64,000 bases of DNA from Myxococcota bacterium (GCA_039028615.1 JBCCHT010000042.1:1-64000), one strand, 5' to 3'. Positions 8,503-18,823 are shown, counted from the first letter of the stretch. The notes: generated from the letters alone by a model not told the origin. Translations and numbers: made by a program.

Positions 8503-9948
8503 ATGTTCCGTCGCTCCTCGCTCGCCCCGATCTTGTTGGCTTCGCTGGCCTGTCGACCGAGCGCGGGATCGAACTCCGAGGCGCCCGAGCAGCCCGTCGC
8601 CTCATCGTCCGTCAGCGCGTCGACCTACGCCCACAGCGAGCCGACGGCCGTGCCGACGACCCCGCCACCCCCTCGTGTCGCCGAGCTGCTGGCCAAGGTC
8701 GACCCTGCCCGAATCCGCGCCGACATCGATGCGCTCGCGGCCTTCGGCACTCGCCACACGCTGTCCACCGATGCGCCCGATCGGGGCATCAAGGCCGCCA
8801 GCCGCTACCTGCTGAAGCGCTTCGAAGAGGCGGTCGTGGGCGACCGCGCCGCGGGTCCGCTGGCGGTCTCGCTCGATACCCACCAGCTCGAGCCCGACGG
8901 CCGACGGGTCACCCATGCCGTCGAGCTGAGCAATGTCGTCGCCGTGCTGCCGGGATCGATGCCCGAGGCTGCGCATCGTCATGTGTACGTATTGGGTCAC
9001 TACGACTCTCGGGCCAGCGACGTGATGGAGCCCGACGCCGATGCGCCCGGGGCCAACGACGACGCCTCCGGGGTCGCGCTGACCCTCGAACTCGCGCGGG
9101 TGCTCGCGGGCGAGCCCCTCGATGCCACCGTGGTGTTCATGGCCACCGCGGGCGAGGAGCAAGGCCTGCTCGGGGCGCGGCGCCATGCTGCTTCCGTGCG
9201 CGACCAGGGCCGCTTCATCACGGGCGTGCTCAGCAACGACATCGTCGGCGATCCCACCGCTCCGAACGGCGCCCGCTACGACACCGAAGTCCGCGTGTTC
9301 TCGACCGGGGTCTCGCGGGTCTACGAGGGCGAAGGCCTCGCCGAGCAACGCAAGCTCGGCATGCTCTCCGATGGCGACTCCCGCCAGCTCGCCCGCTTCA
9401 TCGCCACCGTCGCGCAGTGGGAGGGCACCCGCGTGCAGCCGCGGCTGGTCTTCCGTCTCGACCGGTTCCTGCGGGGCGGCGATCACCTCGCCTTCGACGA
9501 GCTGGGCTACCCCGCAGTGCGCTTCACCGAGGTCGCCGAGAACTACGACCGCCAGCACCAAGACCCGCGCACGGTAGAGAAGCGAGAGTTCGGCGACTTC
9601 CCCGAGCACGTCGACGCCGACTACCTCGCCGACGTCACGCGGCTCGACGGTGCCGCGCTGATCCACCTCGCCAATGCCCCCGCCCGCCCCGCAGGCGCCG
9701 TGGTGGTGGCCAAGGCGCTGACCACCGACACCACCGTGAAGTGGCAGCCGGGGCACGAGCCCGACCTGGTCGGCTACGAAGTCGTCTGGCGCCGCACCAC
9801 CAGCCCGCGATGGCAGCAGGTCCGCGACGTCGGCCTCGACACCCAGGCCACCATCGACCTGCACAAAGACGACTGGATCTTCGGCGTGCGCGCCTATGAC
9901 CGCGACGGCTACCGCAGCCCGGTCAGCCCCTGCGGGGTCGCGCTCTGA
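8503..9948 (+). CDS. M28 family metallopeptidase lipoprotein with C-terminal FN3-like domain
   Basis: Motifs GHYDS, PGANDDASG, GEEQGLLG, SNDIVG, GGDH and HQ. Lipobox SLAC. Confidence 0.92.
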   Translation: MFRRSSLAPILLASLACRPSAGSNSEAPEQPVASSSVSASTYAHSEPTAVPTTPPPPRVAELLAKVDPARIRADIDALAAFGTRHTLSTDAPDRGIKAASRYLLKRFEEAVVGDRAAGPLAVSLDTHQLEPDGRRVTHAVELSNVVAVLPGSMPEAAHRHVYVLGHYDSRASDVMEPDADAPGANDDASGVALTLELARVLAGEPLDATVVFMATAGEEQGLLGARRHAASVRDQGRFITGVLSNDIVGDPTAPNGARYDTEVRVFSTGVSRVYEGEGLAEQRKLGMLSDGDSRQLARFIATVAQWEGTRVQPRLVFRLDRFLRGGDHLAFDELGYPAVRFTEVAENYDRQHQDPRTVEKREFGDFPEHVDADYLADVTRLDGAALIHLANAPARPAGAVVVAKALTTDTTVKWQPGHEPDLVGYEVVWRRTTSPRWQQVRDVGLDTQATIDLHKDDWIFGVRAYDRDGYRSPVSPCGVAL

Positions 9949-10011
9949 GCGATATCGAGCACCGATGCTCGCCATGCCTCTCGAAAACAGCTATGTTATG
10001 TTTGATTTGTT

Positions 10012-10974
10012 ATGAATCTTGAACTGCCGACCCGACTCGCTCTCCTCGTGGGCTCGTTGACCCTCGGCTGTGGTCCCGGGCTGCCAAGCGGCGGCAACAC
10101 GGCCGACGGCGACGGCGGGGGGGCGAGCGACGGCAGCACGTCCGCCAACTCGGGCACGGGTCCCGTCGGGACCTCGACCTCGGCCCAGACCAGCGGCGTC
10201 GACTCGACGTCCGAGGGCGGCGACGTCTCGACCAGCTCGAGCTTCATCGACGACCCCACCGACTGTGGCGATCCAGATTCACGCTGGCACTGCACCCCCG
10301 TCGAGTGCGAGATCGGCAGCCTCGATTGTCTCGACGGAGACAAGTGCGTGCCGTGGGCCAACGACGGCGGCTCGGCGTGGAATGCCTCTCGTTGCACGCC
10401 CGTCGTGGAACGCCCCGGCTCGGTCGGCGATCCGTGCACGATGGACGGTAGCCCCGTCTCCGGGGTCGACACCTGCGATCGAGCTTCGATGTGCTGGGGC
10501 GTCGATCCCGAGACCCTCGAGGGGACCTGCCGGATCTTCTTCGGCGCCCAGGCCATCGTCCCCGACTGCGACGCTGCGCATGAATGCGTCGTGCTCAACG
10601 AGGGCTACGTGCCGCTGTGCCTGCTGCCCTGCAACCCGCTGCAGCCCGACGCATGTGGCGAGGGTGAAGAGTGCCGCTTCGCGACGGACAGCGATGGCCT
10701 CTACTGCCTCCCCGAGGTCGGCGGGCAGATCCTCGGGAACAGCCGGGACTGCGTCGACCAGACCTGCTCCCCCGCCGAGCTGTGCGCCCCCGCGAAGCTC
10801 TTGCCGAGCTGCGAAGTCGAAGGCTGCTGCACACCCTGGTGCGACATCACCGATCCGGGCGCCGACGAGGCCTGTGCCGCCCTCGACCCCGAGCGCTCCT
10901 GCCTGCCGTTTTACGCGGACGGCAAAGCGCCCGAGGGCGCCGAGAACCTGGGCATGTGTGGCCGCCAGCCCTGA
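10012..10974 (+). CDS. Cys-rich myxobacterial lipoprotein
   Basis: Lipobox TLGC, Ser/Thr/Gly linker, KCVPWANDGGSAWNASRC motif and many paired cysteines (GCCTPWCD). Confidence 0.8.
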   Translation: MNLELPTRLALLVGSLTLGCGPGLPSGGNTADGDGGGASDGSTSANSGTGPVGTSTSAQTSGVDSTSEGGDVSTSSSFIDDPTDCGDPDSRWHCTPVECEIGSLDCLDGDKCVPWANDGGSAWNASRCTPVVERPGSVGDPCTMDGSPVSGVDTCDRASMCWGVDPETLEGTCRIFFGAQAIVPDCDAAHECVVLNEGYVPLCLLPCNPLQPDACGEGEECRFATDSDGLYCLPEVGGQILGNSRDCVDQTCSPAELCAPAKLLPSCEVEGCCTPWCDITDPGADEACAALDPERSCLPFYADGKAPEGAENLGMCGRQP

Positions 10975-11024
10975 GCACCGCCCCACCGTGGTAACGCGCC
11001 CGCGGGTGCTCTAGATTGCGGGCG

Positions 11025-11219
11025 ATGGAGGAGCGGATCGTCGAGCTCGAGGTGCGCGTCGCGTACCAGGACAAGGTCATCGCAGATCTGGACGAGGTCC
11101 TGCGGGAGTTCTCCGGGCAGGTGGTGGCGCTCAAGCGCGAGATCGAGGAGCTGAAGCGGACGCTCAAAGAGGGCACGCAGGCGATCGGCGGGGCGAACGA
11201 GAAGCCGCCGCATTATTGA
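11025..11219 (+). CDS. slyX: SlyX family protein
   Basis: MEERIVELEVRVAYQD...L N-terminus and the signature C-terminus EKPPHY. Confidence 0.93.
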   Translation: MEERIVELEVRVAYQDKVIADLDEVLREFSGQVVALKREIEELKRTLKEGTQAIGGANEKPPHY

Positions 11220-11302
11220 GCGCGAGCGTGCCATGGCGGATGCCGCAGAGGCCCCGGGGCGATCTGCCCGAAATCGGCCTGCGTTCGAGGGAGATCGCCA
11301 TC

Positions 11303-11962
11303 ATGCAACACCCACTCTCACGCGAAGAGATCCTCAGTCGCATCGATGTCGTGCTCGAGCAGGAAGGCGATGAACGCATCGCCGCCGGCTGCGACGAAGT
11401 CTTGCGAGTGCTCGGGGCAGAGGATGGGGTATTGGAGGCCGACGAGAGGGCTTTCCTGACCGGGTATGTCGGGTATTTGCACCCGCGCACGAAGTCATCC
11501 GAGCAGGCCCGGCAGGAGGCGAGCCAACACCTGCTGCAAGCCCATGCGAACGCGTCCAACTCGTCACTCCGTGGTCGTGCCGCGCTCTACCTCGGTCATC
11601 TCTCGTACGACGTCGGCGACTTCTCGCGGGCGCAGGCATGGTTTGTGCGAGCGCAGAACGAGGAACTCGGCGACTACCTCGGGCTGAAGGCAAGAGAGTT
11701 CGAAACCTGCTGCTTGATCATGAGCCAGGGCCTGGGGCCGAGCGTGGAGGCGTTTGCCGAGTTCGTGAAGCGGGCGCGGAACGCAGTCGTTCAGGATCTC
11801 TGGCCGCAGGAACTCGCACGGGTTCTCTCCGCCAAAATCGCCGAGCCACTGAGCGACGACGCGAGGAGCCAGATTCGTGAGGGCGCCACGGTGCTCGACG
11901 ACGTCGGCGACTTCGGCCGATGGTTCGGCGAAATCGTCGACAACGCGAGCGCGCTTCAGTGA
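11303..11962 (+). CDS. Hypothetical helical/TPR-like protein
   Basis: GAGGAG RBS before ATG 11303, open for 219 codons, TPR-like ALYLGHLSYDVGDFSRAQAWF segment. Confidence 0.6.
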   Translation: MQHPLSREEILSRIDVVLEQEGDERIAAGCDEVLRVLGAEDGVLEADERAFLTGYVGYLHPRTKSSEQARQEASQHLLQAHANASNSSLRGRAALYLGHLSYDVGDFSRAQAWFVRAQNEELGDYLGLKAREFETCCLIMSQGLGPSVEAFAEFVKRARNAVVQDLWPQELARVLSAKIAEPLSDDARSQIREGATVLDDVGDFGRWFGEIVDNASALQ

Positions 11963-12023
11963 CTCGCGTTTTGTCGAGCGAGCTCGGGGTCCTCGTGCTC
12001 CCGAATGATCCGAGCCGGTTCGG

Positions 12024-15000
12024 TCAGGTGCAGGTCTCGTTGTCGCAGCTTCGATCGCCCGTGCATTCCCGGCCACACATGCCGCAGTTGTCGTCGGTGG
12101 TGATCCCGGTGCAGGCGTAGTTGTCCACGGTTCCTCCCGCGAAACAACAGCGAGAGTCGTTGGCCGCATTGGCGCAGCTCCGACCGCACTCTCCACAGTT
12201 CAGGGGATCATCGAAGCGTACGCACGAGCCGGAGCAGCACCGTTCTTCGGGGCTGCACGCATGCCCGCATGCACCACAGTGGTCGGCGTCGGTATCGAGA
12301 TCGAAACAATTGTGTCCGTACTGGCCGTCGGGGCAGCAGGTCTCGCCCGCCCCGCAGGGTTGGTCTCGAGGCGCGCACGAGCCCGGATCGTCCAAAGGCA
12401 CGCACGCCCCGGCAATGCAGTGCTCGGTGGTCGCACAGGCGATGTTGCAGCCACCGCAATGGTCGTCGCGAGTCTGGTAGTCGGCGACCGGAATGCACGG
12501 GCCAAAGGGGCAGCAACCGCTCGCGCAGCCGGGGCAGGCCTGGGTGCGCGGTCGAGGATCGACGCAATGATAGAGCGCGGGCGTGCTGCGCTCGCAGCGT
12601 TGACGCGCGTTGCAGCCCGCCCCGCAGGTCCCGCACGCGCCGTGGATCGAGATACCGAAACACGGGTGCTGGTTTTCGGGATCGGTGAGCTCACAGCACA
12701 GGTTGCCGCCCCGGCACGTCGGAAAGTGCCGGACCATGGCCACAGGATGCAGCGGGTTGTTGCCTGCATCCCGCAGGTCTTCGACGGTGACCAGCACCGA
12801 GCCGCTGTAGGCGTTGCCCGAGGGCCCGAGGTTGTTGGAGGGCATCGCCAGGGTGAGGCTGGGCCAGGTGACGACGAGACGGTTGCCGTTGACGCCATCG
12901 AGGTTGCCGAGCGCGATGTCGCCGGCCGCTGCGGCGACCCGAGGTCCCGTGGGGCGCCCGTTGGCGCCGAGGGCTTGCACATAGACCCGCCGGGGTGCCG
13001 CCATGCTGATCGGGAAGTCGATGCGAGCCTCGAGCGCGGTGGCAGTGCTGGAGCCGTTGGCAGCACACTCGGCGTTGCCCAGGATGGTGAAGTCGGCCAC
13101 CGCCCACCACACCGGATTGCTGATGCCCATGGTGGTCTGGGTGGGATTGGCGGGCGCGGTATCGGTGCGACAAAAGTTGGTGCCGCGAGGCGTGCGGATG
13201 GTGATGCGAGAGGTGGCGGCGCGAGCATAGGAAAGGCCCGTGGAGCGCCCCGAGGGGATGCCGTTGGGGAATAGCGGCAGGTAGTACCACTGGTCGTCGA
13301 CATAGGTGCGGCCCTGCTCGAGCTGGCACTCGCCCTGGCGGCCATAGTCGAGACCCCCCGCGGTCATGCTCCAGATGGCGAGGTCCTCGACGTTGCCGCC
13401 GCTGTTGGCCAGGCCGCTGGGGTTGACGACGCGGAAGCGAAGCTGAGGGGAGAACGCGTCGAGTATCGGGCGGCCGGCACCGCCTTCGTCGCGATCGGGC
13501 ACCAAGATCAAGGCCGTCCGTGTGCCCCCCATGGGCCCGCGTCCGCCCATCTCGCCGTCGCGGTTGAAGGGCGGCGAGGTCGAGGGCGAGCGGTCGAAGC
13601 GTCGCCGGTTGTAGTCGAAGTCCATCGAGGGCCCGTCGAGTCGCGGGTCGGCGTCGAGCTCCACCTGCACCAGCGGGCCGTCGGTGACGATGCTCTGCCC
13701 GTTGAACATGGCCTCGAGGGCGTGGTGCGCCCGCGGGCTGTCGGATATGGCGTAGGTCCGCACGCGACCCCAGGCGTTGCTGGTGAACGCGAGGCTCGTG
13801 TCGCTCCCCGCGAAGGTATGGGCGATGGGATTGGTGAGGATCGTCGCCGCGACGTCGCGGGTGTAGTTGAAGTCGCCGTGCGCATCGGTCCCGCCGACGC
13901 CGTAGACCTTGCGAATGGCCCGGGTCCCGGGCGCGTTGCGGCGGTCGTGGGTCAGCCCCCGCTGCATCAGGTAGCTCCAGTGGAATTGATCGAACCACGC
14001 CTGCGACAGCCAGCTACGCGTGTGGAAGCCGCTGTTCTCGAAGTACCTCCATGGGTCGGATTGGCGATAGTCGTCGGCGCTCAAGCCGTTGAGGCGCGCG
14101 TCGATCTTCATGTTCCAGATCTGGTAGCCGCGTGCGATGGGATGGCCGTCGCGGGTGAACGCATTGTTGCCGTTGTAGGGCCACAGACCGAGGAGTTCCT
14201 CGACGTCGCGCATGCGCCAGGTCGGTGACTTGACGTCTCCGCTCGCCAAGAAGGGGTGAGCGGGATAGGCCGCGGGGATGTGGTCTCCGCTCGCGTCGAG
14301 GATCGCCTGCTGGAGCATGCGATCGACGGTCCAGGGGTTTTCCGGGGCGTCGCCGTGCCAGGGGCCGTCGACGTGGTTGCCGTCGTAGTAGAGCATGTGA
14401 CGGCCGGTCTTGGGCACCCCGGGAAGAGCGCTCGGCGACACGCCGCCCGCGATCGCGACTTCTTCTCCCACCCCGCGATCGAGCAGCTGCCGCATCGCGT
14501 CGAACTCCGCGGGGCCGTCGAGCCCGGCGGTGGGCCCCGCCCCCGGCGACCAGTCACGGGGGATCTCGTCGCGGCTCGAGTCGCTATAGAACTGGTTGTG
14601 ATCGGTCGTGACGATCTTGTTGGCCAGCGAGCTTCGGGTCAGCGCACGACGCTCGATGAATCCCATCGCGTAGGCCGACTCGGCCATCATCACCAGCGGG
14701 GCCCCCCACGACTGCGCGGGGTTGGTGACGCCCAAGATCTCGTCGGCCGAGCCCTCGGCGATGGTGTGGAAGTGGGCATCGTAGTAGCGATCGCCGGACC
14801 GGCCCGCAAAGCGGGGCAGCGTGTCGCGGTGCACTCGTAGCGTGCTCCAGTACTGGATGTTGCTGCCTCCGAACAGGAAGCCGGGCTCGTAGATCACCAC
14901 CTGCGCGAGGAAGTACCGGGTCGCCGGGTCCGTGCCGGTCGTCGGATGATCGAAGGTCGCTTTGTCCCACGGCACCCGCAGCACCCGATGCCACGCCCCG

Positions 15001-17318
15001 AACTCGTCCTCGATGGCCCGGCTGCCGGCGAAGAACTGCCCCCGTATCACGCCGTCGTCGTCCACGACATCCAGGCTCCACGGGCTCCGCGAGGTGCAGT
15101 CGTCTTTCGACCGCGGCAACATGCAGTTGATCTCGTTCGTGCGGTCGGGCTCACGAATCGAGTTGAACACCAGGGACGCCGCGCTGCTCTGCTCGTTCCA
15201 CAACGACGGTATGCTGTCGGGCCCGGTCGCCCGGATCCCCGGGCGGTAGGTCTGCCGCTCGTACAACGCGAAGGCCACGACCTCGGCGTCGGTGTCGTCG
15301 TACTCCGCCACGTAGACCAGGAAGGGGATGTCGCTGCGGGTGGTGTCGATCCGATAGGGCGCATCGACCATCACATCGTCGTGGGCGACGTCGCCGTAGG
15401 CCAGCGCGAAGGTCGGCTCTTCCCCGGATGCGACCCGCAGGTTGGCTCGATCGTTGGTCGGATCGTCGTCGTCTCGAGTCGGCCGAAGCCGCACCCGCTT
15501 GCGCCATCCCGTGCCCCCCGCCCGTCGATCGACCACGATGTTGATCGTCCGCGACTGCCCCGGCCCCCAGCTGTGCTCGGGTAGCTCGGCGATCGTCTGC
15601 CCGCCGTGGATCGCCTCGATTCCGGTCGTGACCGCGGTGTTGCCCGCGTTGACGAAGTGGGCCGCCAGCGAGACGTGATCGGGATCGAGGCGATCGGGAT
15701 CGAGATCGTCGACCCGCAGCAGCACCACGTCACGCGTGGTCGCGGCCGAGACCTCGACTTCGTGCACCTGCTCGGACATGCCCACCACCGGGGTGATGCG
15801 TAGCAGCTGGTCCGGGGGGGGCTGCTCGATGGTGAACGAGAGCACCGCGTGCGCGTCGTTGCCATTGCGACTACCGACCCCGGGCGGCCCCATACGCTGC
15901 CCGGGCCGCTCGGCGATCTCCACCAGCAGGGGATCGGCGCCGGGCGTGCTCGGGGCGGTGTACGGAAGCTCGACCCAGCGATGACGACCCGGCTCGAGCA
16001 CGCCCGCCCCGGGGTCGAACCAGGTCGCGGTGGAACCTCGCCATAGTCGCAGCACCGTGTTCGCCAGCTCGATGGGCTCCGTCCCCGTGTTCGCCACGCG
16101 AACCCGGACCCGTCCTGCTTGTCCTGGCTTTGGCGCTCGCGGAACCAGATCGGCATAGGGAATGCTGAGGTCCGCCACCCGGGGCGTGGGAGCAAACGAA
16201 GTCAGGATCGAGCGCAGCGCCTGGTGAGCATCGACGCGCCCCGTCGCCACACCACGGCTCGACTCGCCCGGAAGCAGCGGCACTGCGCTCTGGCTCAGGA
16301 CCCCGCGAAGCGCCGCCGGAGGCAACGAGGGCTGAAGCGTGGTCAGCAGCCCCGCGACCCCGGCTACGTACGCGGCCGACAACGATGACCCCGACATGCG
16401 CCGCGCTCCGCCCCCCGTCGACGGCAAGTCCACCACCGACCCGGGCGCCCATACGTCGACGGCCTGCGGCCCATTGCCGTGGCCCATCGGTACGTCCGTT
16501 TGCGAGTCGCTGGCCGCGACCGCGATGACCGACTCGAGACGAGCCGGCCACGACGGACGCGTCAGTCTTCCATTGCCCGCCGGAGCGATCACCAGCACAC
16601 CGTCCGCGACCACCTCGTCGACGGCACTCGCCGTGAGCGGCGTCGGGGCATTGGCGGCCAAGCCGATCAACGCCACCTTCGCTCCCCGATCGCGAGCGAG
16701 CCGCAGACCGGCCGCGATGCGCTCGTCCGTCTTCGAGAACGCCGCGGCGCTGGGACTGCGATCGATCACGCGGATCGGCAAGATCGAGCAGCGCTCACAG
16801 ACACTCGCGATCTGCCCCGCGCGACTGGGCTGCATCGCGATCGCGGCCGCGAGCATCGTGCCGTGACCGTCGACGTCCACCATCGTGTCGGTCTCCGTCA
16901 GCGTGTCCCAGCCGGTCACGAATCTCGACGAGAGCCGCGGATGCGTGGTGTCGGCCCCCGTGTCCAGGATCGCGATGATCGTGCTCGACGCACCCCGCGT
17001 GATGCCAGCGGCACCCGGAATCTGCAGGCGAGTCAGGTTCGAAGTGCCCGAGCGATCCCACGTCGGCGTCGGCACCACGGGCCGAGTGACGGCGGGGGTC
17101 GACCCCGTGTACGTCGCCGCCAGCCCGGGTGCCGTGTTCTCGGTCGGGTTGGGATTCGGGTTCGGCCGCGGGCTCGGCCCGGAGCCTCCGCCCACATCGG
17201 GGGTCGTTGGGGGCGGTGGTGGAGGCGGCGGGTCCTTGCTCGGGCAGCCCAGCGCTACCACCACGAAGATCAGCCATGTGATGCGTATCGCCTGCGCGCC
17301 AATGCCCATGCGTCCCAC
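12024..17318 (-). CDS. Giant multidomain lipoprotein: S8 subtilase + CARDB/Ig-like + PHP-like metallohydrolase + Cys-rich repeats
   Basis: Lipobox VALGC. S8 motifs ILDTG, GHGT, PAGN and SGSSLS. PHP motifs DAHFHT, TTDHN, AHPF and GGTDAHG. C-terminal D-x(1-2)-[NH]CG-x-C-x3-C repeats. Confidence 0.85.
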   Translation of the reverse strand: MGRMGIGAQAIRITWLIFVVVALGCPSKDPPPPPPPPTTPDVGGGSGPSPRPNPNPNPTENTAPGLAATYTGSTPAVTRPVVPTPTWDRSGTSNLTRLQIPGAAGITRGASSTIIAILDTGADTTHPRLSSRFVTGWDTLTETDTMVDVDGHGTMLAAAIAMQPSRAGQIASVCERCSILPIRVIDRSPSAAAFSKTDERIAAGLRLARDRGAKVALIGLAANAPTPLTASAVDEVVADGVLVIAPAGNGRLTRPSWPARLESVIAVAASDSQTDVPMGHGNGPQAVDVWAPGSVVDLPSTGGGARRMSGSSLSAAYVAGVAGLLTTLQPSLPPAALRGVLSQSAVPLLPGESSRGVATGRVDAHQALRSILTSFAPTPRVADLSIPYADLVPRAPKPGQAGRVRVRVANTGTEPIELANTVLRLWRGSTATWFDPGAGVLEPGRHRWVELPYTAPSTPGADPLLVEIAERPGQRMGPPGVGSRNGNDAHAVLSFTIEQPPPDQLLRITPVVGMSEQVHEVEVSAATTRDVVLLRVDDLDPDRLDPDHVSLAAHFVNAGNTAVTTGIEAIHGGQTIAELPEHSWGPGQSRTINIVVDRRAGGTGWRKRVRLRPTRDDDDPTNDRANLRVASGEEPTFALAYGDVAHDDVMVDAPYRIDTTRSDIPFLVYVAEYDDTDAEVVAFALYERQTYRPGIRATGPDSIPSLWNEQSSAASLVFNSIREPDRTNEINCMLPRSKDDCTSRSPWSLDVVDDDGVIRGQFFAGSRAIEDEFGAWHRVLRVPWDKATFDHPTTGTDPATRYFLAQVVIYEPGFLFGGSNIQYWSTLRVHRDTLPRFAGRSGDRYYDAHFHTIAEGSADEILGVTNPAQSWGAPLVMMAESAYAMGFIERRALTRSSLANKIVTTDHNQFYSDSSRDEIPRDWSPGAGPTAGLDGPAEFDAMRQLLDRGVGEEVAIAGGVSPSALPGVPKTGRHMLYYDGNHVDGPWHGDAPENPWTVDRMLQQAILDASGDHIPAAYPAHPFLASGDVKSPTWRMRDVEELLGLWPYNGNNAFTRDGHPIARGYQIWNMKIDARLNGLSADDYRQSDPWRYFENSGFHTRSWLSQAWFDQFHWSYLMQRGLTHDRRNAPGTRAIRKVYGVGGTDAHGDFNYTRDVAATILTNPIAHTFAGSDTSLAFTSNAWGRVRTYAISDSPRAHHALEAMFNGQSIVTDGPLVQVELDADPRLDGPSMDFDYNRRRFDRSPSTSPPFNRDGEMGGRGPMGGTRTALILVPDRDEGGAGRPILDAFSPQLRFRVVNPSGLANSGGNVEDLAIWSMTAGGLDYGRQGECQLEQGRTYVDDQWYYLPLFPNGIPSGRSTGLSYARAATSRITIRTPRGTNFCRTDTAPANPTQTTMGISNPVWWAVADFTILGNAECAANGSSTATALEARIDFPISMAAPRRVYVQALGANGRPTGPRVAAAAGDIALGNLDGVNGNRLVVTWPSLTLAMPSNNLGPSGNAYSGSVLVTVEDLRDAGNNPLHPVAMVRHFPTCRGGNLCCELTDPENQHPCFGISIHGACGTCGAGCNARQRCERSTPALYHCVDPRPRTQACPGCASGCCPFGPCIPVADYQTRDDHCGGCNIACATTEHCIAGACVPLDDPGSCAPRDQPCGAGETCCPDGQYGHNCFDLDTDADHCGACGHACSPEERCCSGSCVRFDDPLNCGECGRSCANAANDSRCCFAGGTVDNYACTGITTDDNCGMCGRECTGDRSCDNETCT

Positions 17319-17482
17319 CTCCGGCCGTATCCGGCCCGAGGCGAGTCTACCAGGGCAATCTGGAGTTCATTGCGCGATGCATCGGCCCCATTCGGGCGAC
17401 AATGCATCGATCCGATGCGCGTGTGCACGAGGTGACCGCGAGCCTCCGCTCGGTCGACTGCGCCGCTGCGCCCGCCCGCGGA

Positions 17483-18823
17483 TCAACCCGCGCACGACAG
17501 CGCGGTGCTCTCGATCGTCCGCCCCGGCCCTCGCGGCTCCACCATGCGAGACACCCGAGGCTCGTCGACCTCCACCACGCCGTGGATCGCCCGCAGCTCG
17601 GGATCCTTGTGCTCCCGAATGATCCGAAACAGCCCATTGTCGAAGGGCCGCGCCTCTTCCGACTGCGACACTTGCTCGATCCGCTCGCGCAGCCCCTGCC
17701 GATCCATCTCCATCGCTCGATGGTGGCAAAACGGGTTGTTCCCCGGCCGCCCCAGCAGCGGCTCGGCCGCAGCGGTGCAGCCCGCCATGCAGGTCTCCGC
17801 GTAGTAGCAGCCGCGACAGAACCCCCACAGGTCGTCCACCGTTCGGCTGCGTATGTAGCCCAGCTGATAGCTCTGATCCCAGATCTTCTTCACCCCGTGC
17901 TCACGCCACGAGCCGCCGACATTGTTGGGGCCACCGAGGCTGGGACAGCTCTTGATCATCCCGTTGCTCTCGATGCCCATCGTCGTTACACCCGCCGAGC
18001 ACCCGCGGAAGTGCTTGTTCTGAGACGCCCGCAGCTTCTGCTCCAGCGGACCGAAGTACCCGAGGTTGTTGCCCGGCCAGATCCTCACCCCGAGCTCGCG
18101 CGCCCGGTCGAGCACCCGGTCGAGCACCTCGAACAGCTCGAGGAACATGTAGGGCTGCAAGATCAGCTCGGGATGATCGGCCGCGTTCCCGTGCGGCACC
18201 GTGATCTGCAGCTGCCACGAGTGGATCCCCTCGGCGGCCAACAGCTCCAGCAACGGCAGCAGGTCCGGCATGGTCAGCGCGTTGAGCTGCGTGTTGCAGG
18301 CGATCTTCCCGCCCGCCGCCTTCACGTTGCGCAGAGCCTGGAACGCCGACTGCCAGCTCCCTTCGACTCCGCGCACATGATCATGGTGCTCCTCGAGCCC
18401 GTCGATCGAGACCGTCACGCTCCCGATCCCCGCCTCGACCATCGCCTCCGCGCGCTCCTTGGTCAGCCCGCGTCCACCCGTGGTCATCGTGCAGGCCATC
18501 CCTTTTTCCCGGATCCGCCGCGCCACCAAGATGAAGTCGTTGCGCAGGTACGCCTCGCCACCGATGAGCACCACCTCGCCCAGTCCGAGCTCCGCCAGCT
18601 CGTCCACCAACGCGAACGCCTCCTCGGTCGTCAGCTCGTCCTTCCGCCGCTTTCCCGCGCGCGGCCCGCAATGCGCACACCGCTGATCGCACGCCAAGGT
18701 CAGCTCCCAGATCGCCCACCGCGGCCGCGGCGACTCCCCCCGTTGCTGCGAATTCCAGCGCGTACCGGGGCTGGGCAGGTGGTCGACGATAGGGAGACGG
18801 CGGCGAGCAGATTCCAAGCGCAT
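17483..18823 (-). CDS. Radical SAM/SPASM peptide or protein maturase, PlpX (splicease)/TIGR03913-like
   Basis: WELTLACDQRCAHC (CxxxCxxC), IGGE, MTTGG, WQLQITVPHGNAAD and PGNNLGYFGP. SPASM cysteines CSAG..SCP..FCRGC...CMAGC...GNNPFCHHR. Confidence 0.9.
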   Translation of the reverse strand: MRLESARRRLPIVDHLPSPGTRWNSQQRGESPRPRWAIWELTLACDQRCAHCGPRAGKRRKDELTTEEAFALVDELAELGLGEVVLIGGEAYLRNDFILVARRIREKGMACTMTTGGRGLTKERAEAMVEAGIGSVTVSIDGLEEHHDHVRGVEGSWQSAFQALRNVKAAGGKIACNTQLNALTMPDLLPLLELLAAEGIHSWQLQITVPHGNAADHPELILQPYMFLELFEVLDRVLDRARELGVRIWPGNNLGYFGPLEQKLRASQNKHFRGCSAGVTTMGIESNGMIKSCPSLGGPNNVGGSWREHGVKKIWDQSYQLGYIRSRTVDDLWGFCRGCYYAETCMAGCTAAAEPLLGRPGNNPFCHHRAMEMDRQGLRERIEQVSQSEEARPFDNGLFRIIREHKDPELRAIHGVVEVDEPRVSRMVEPRGPGRTIESTALSCAG

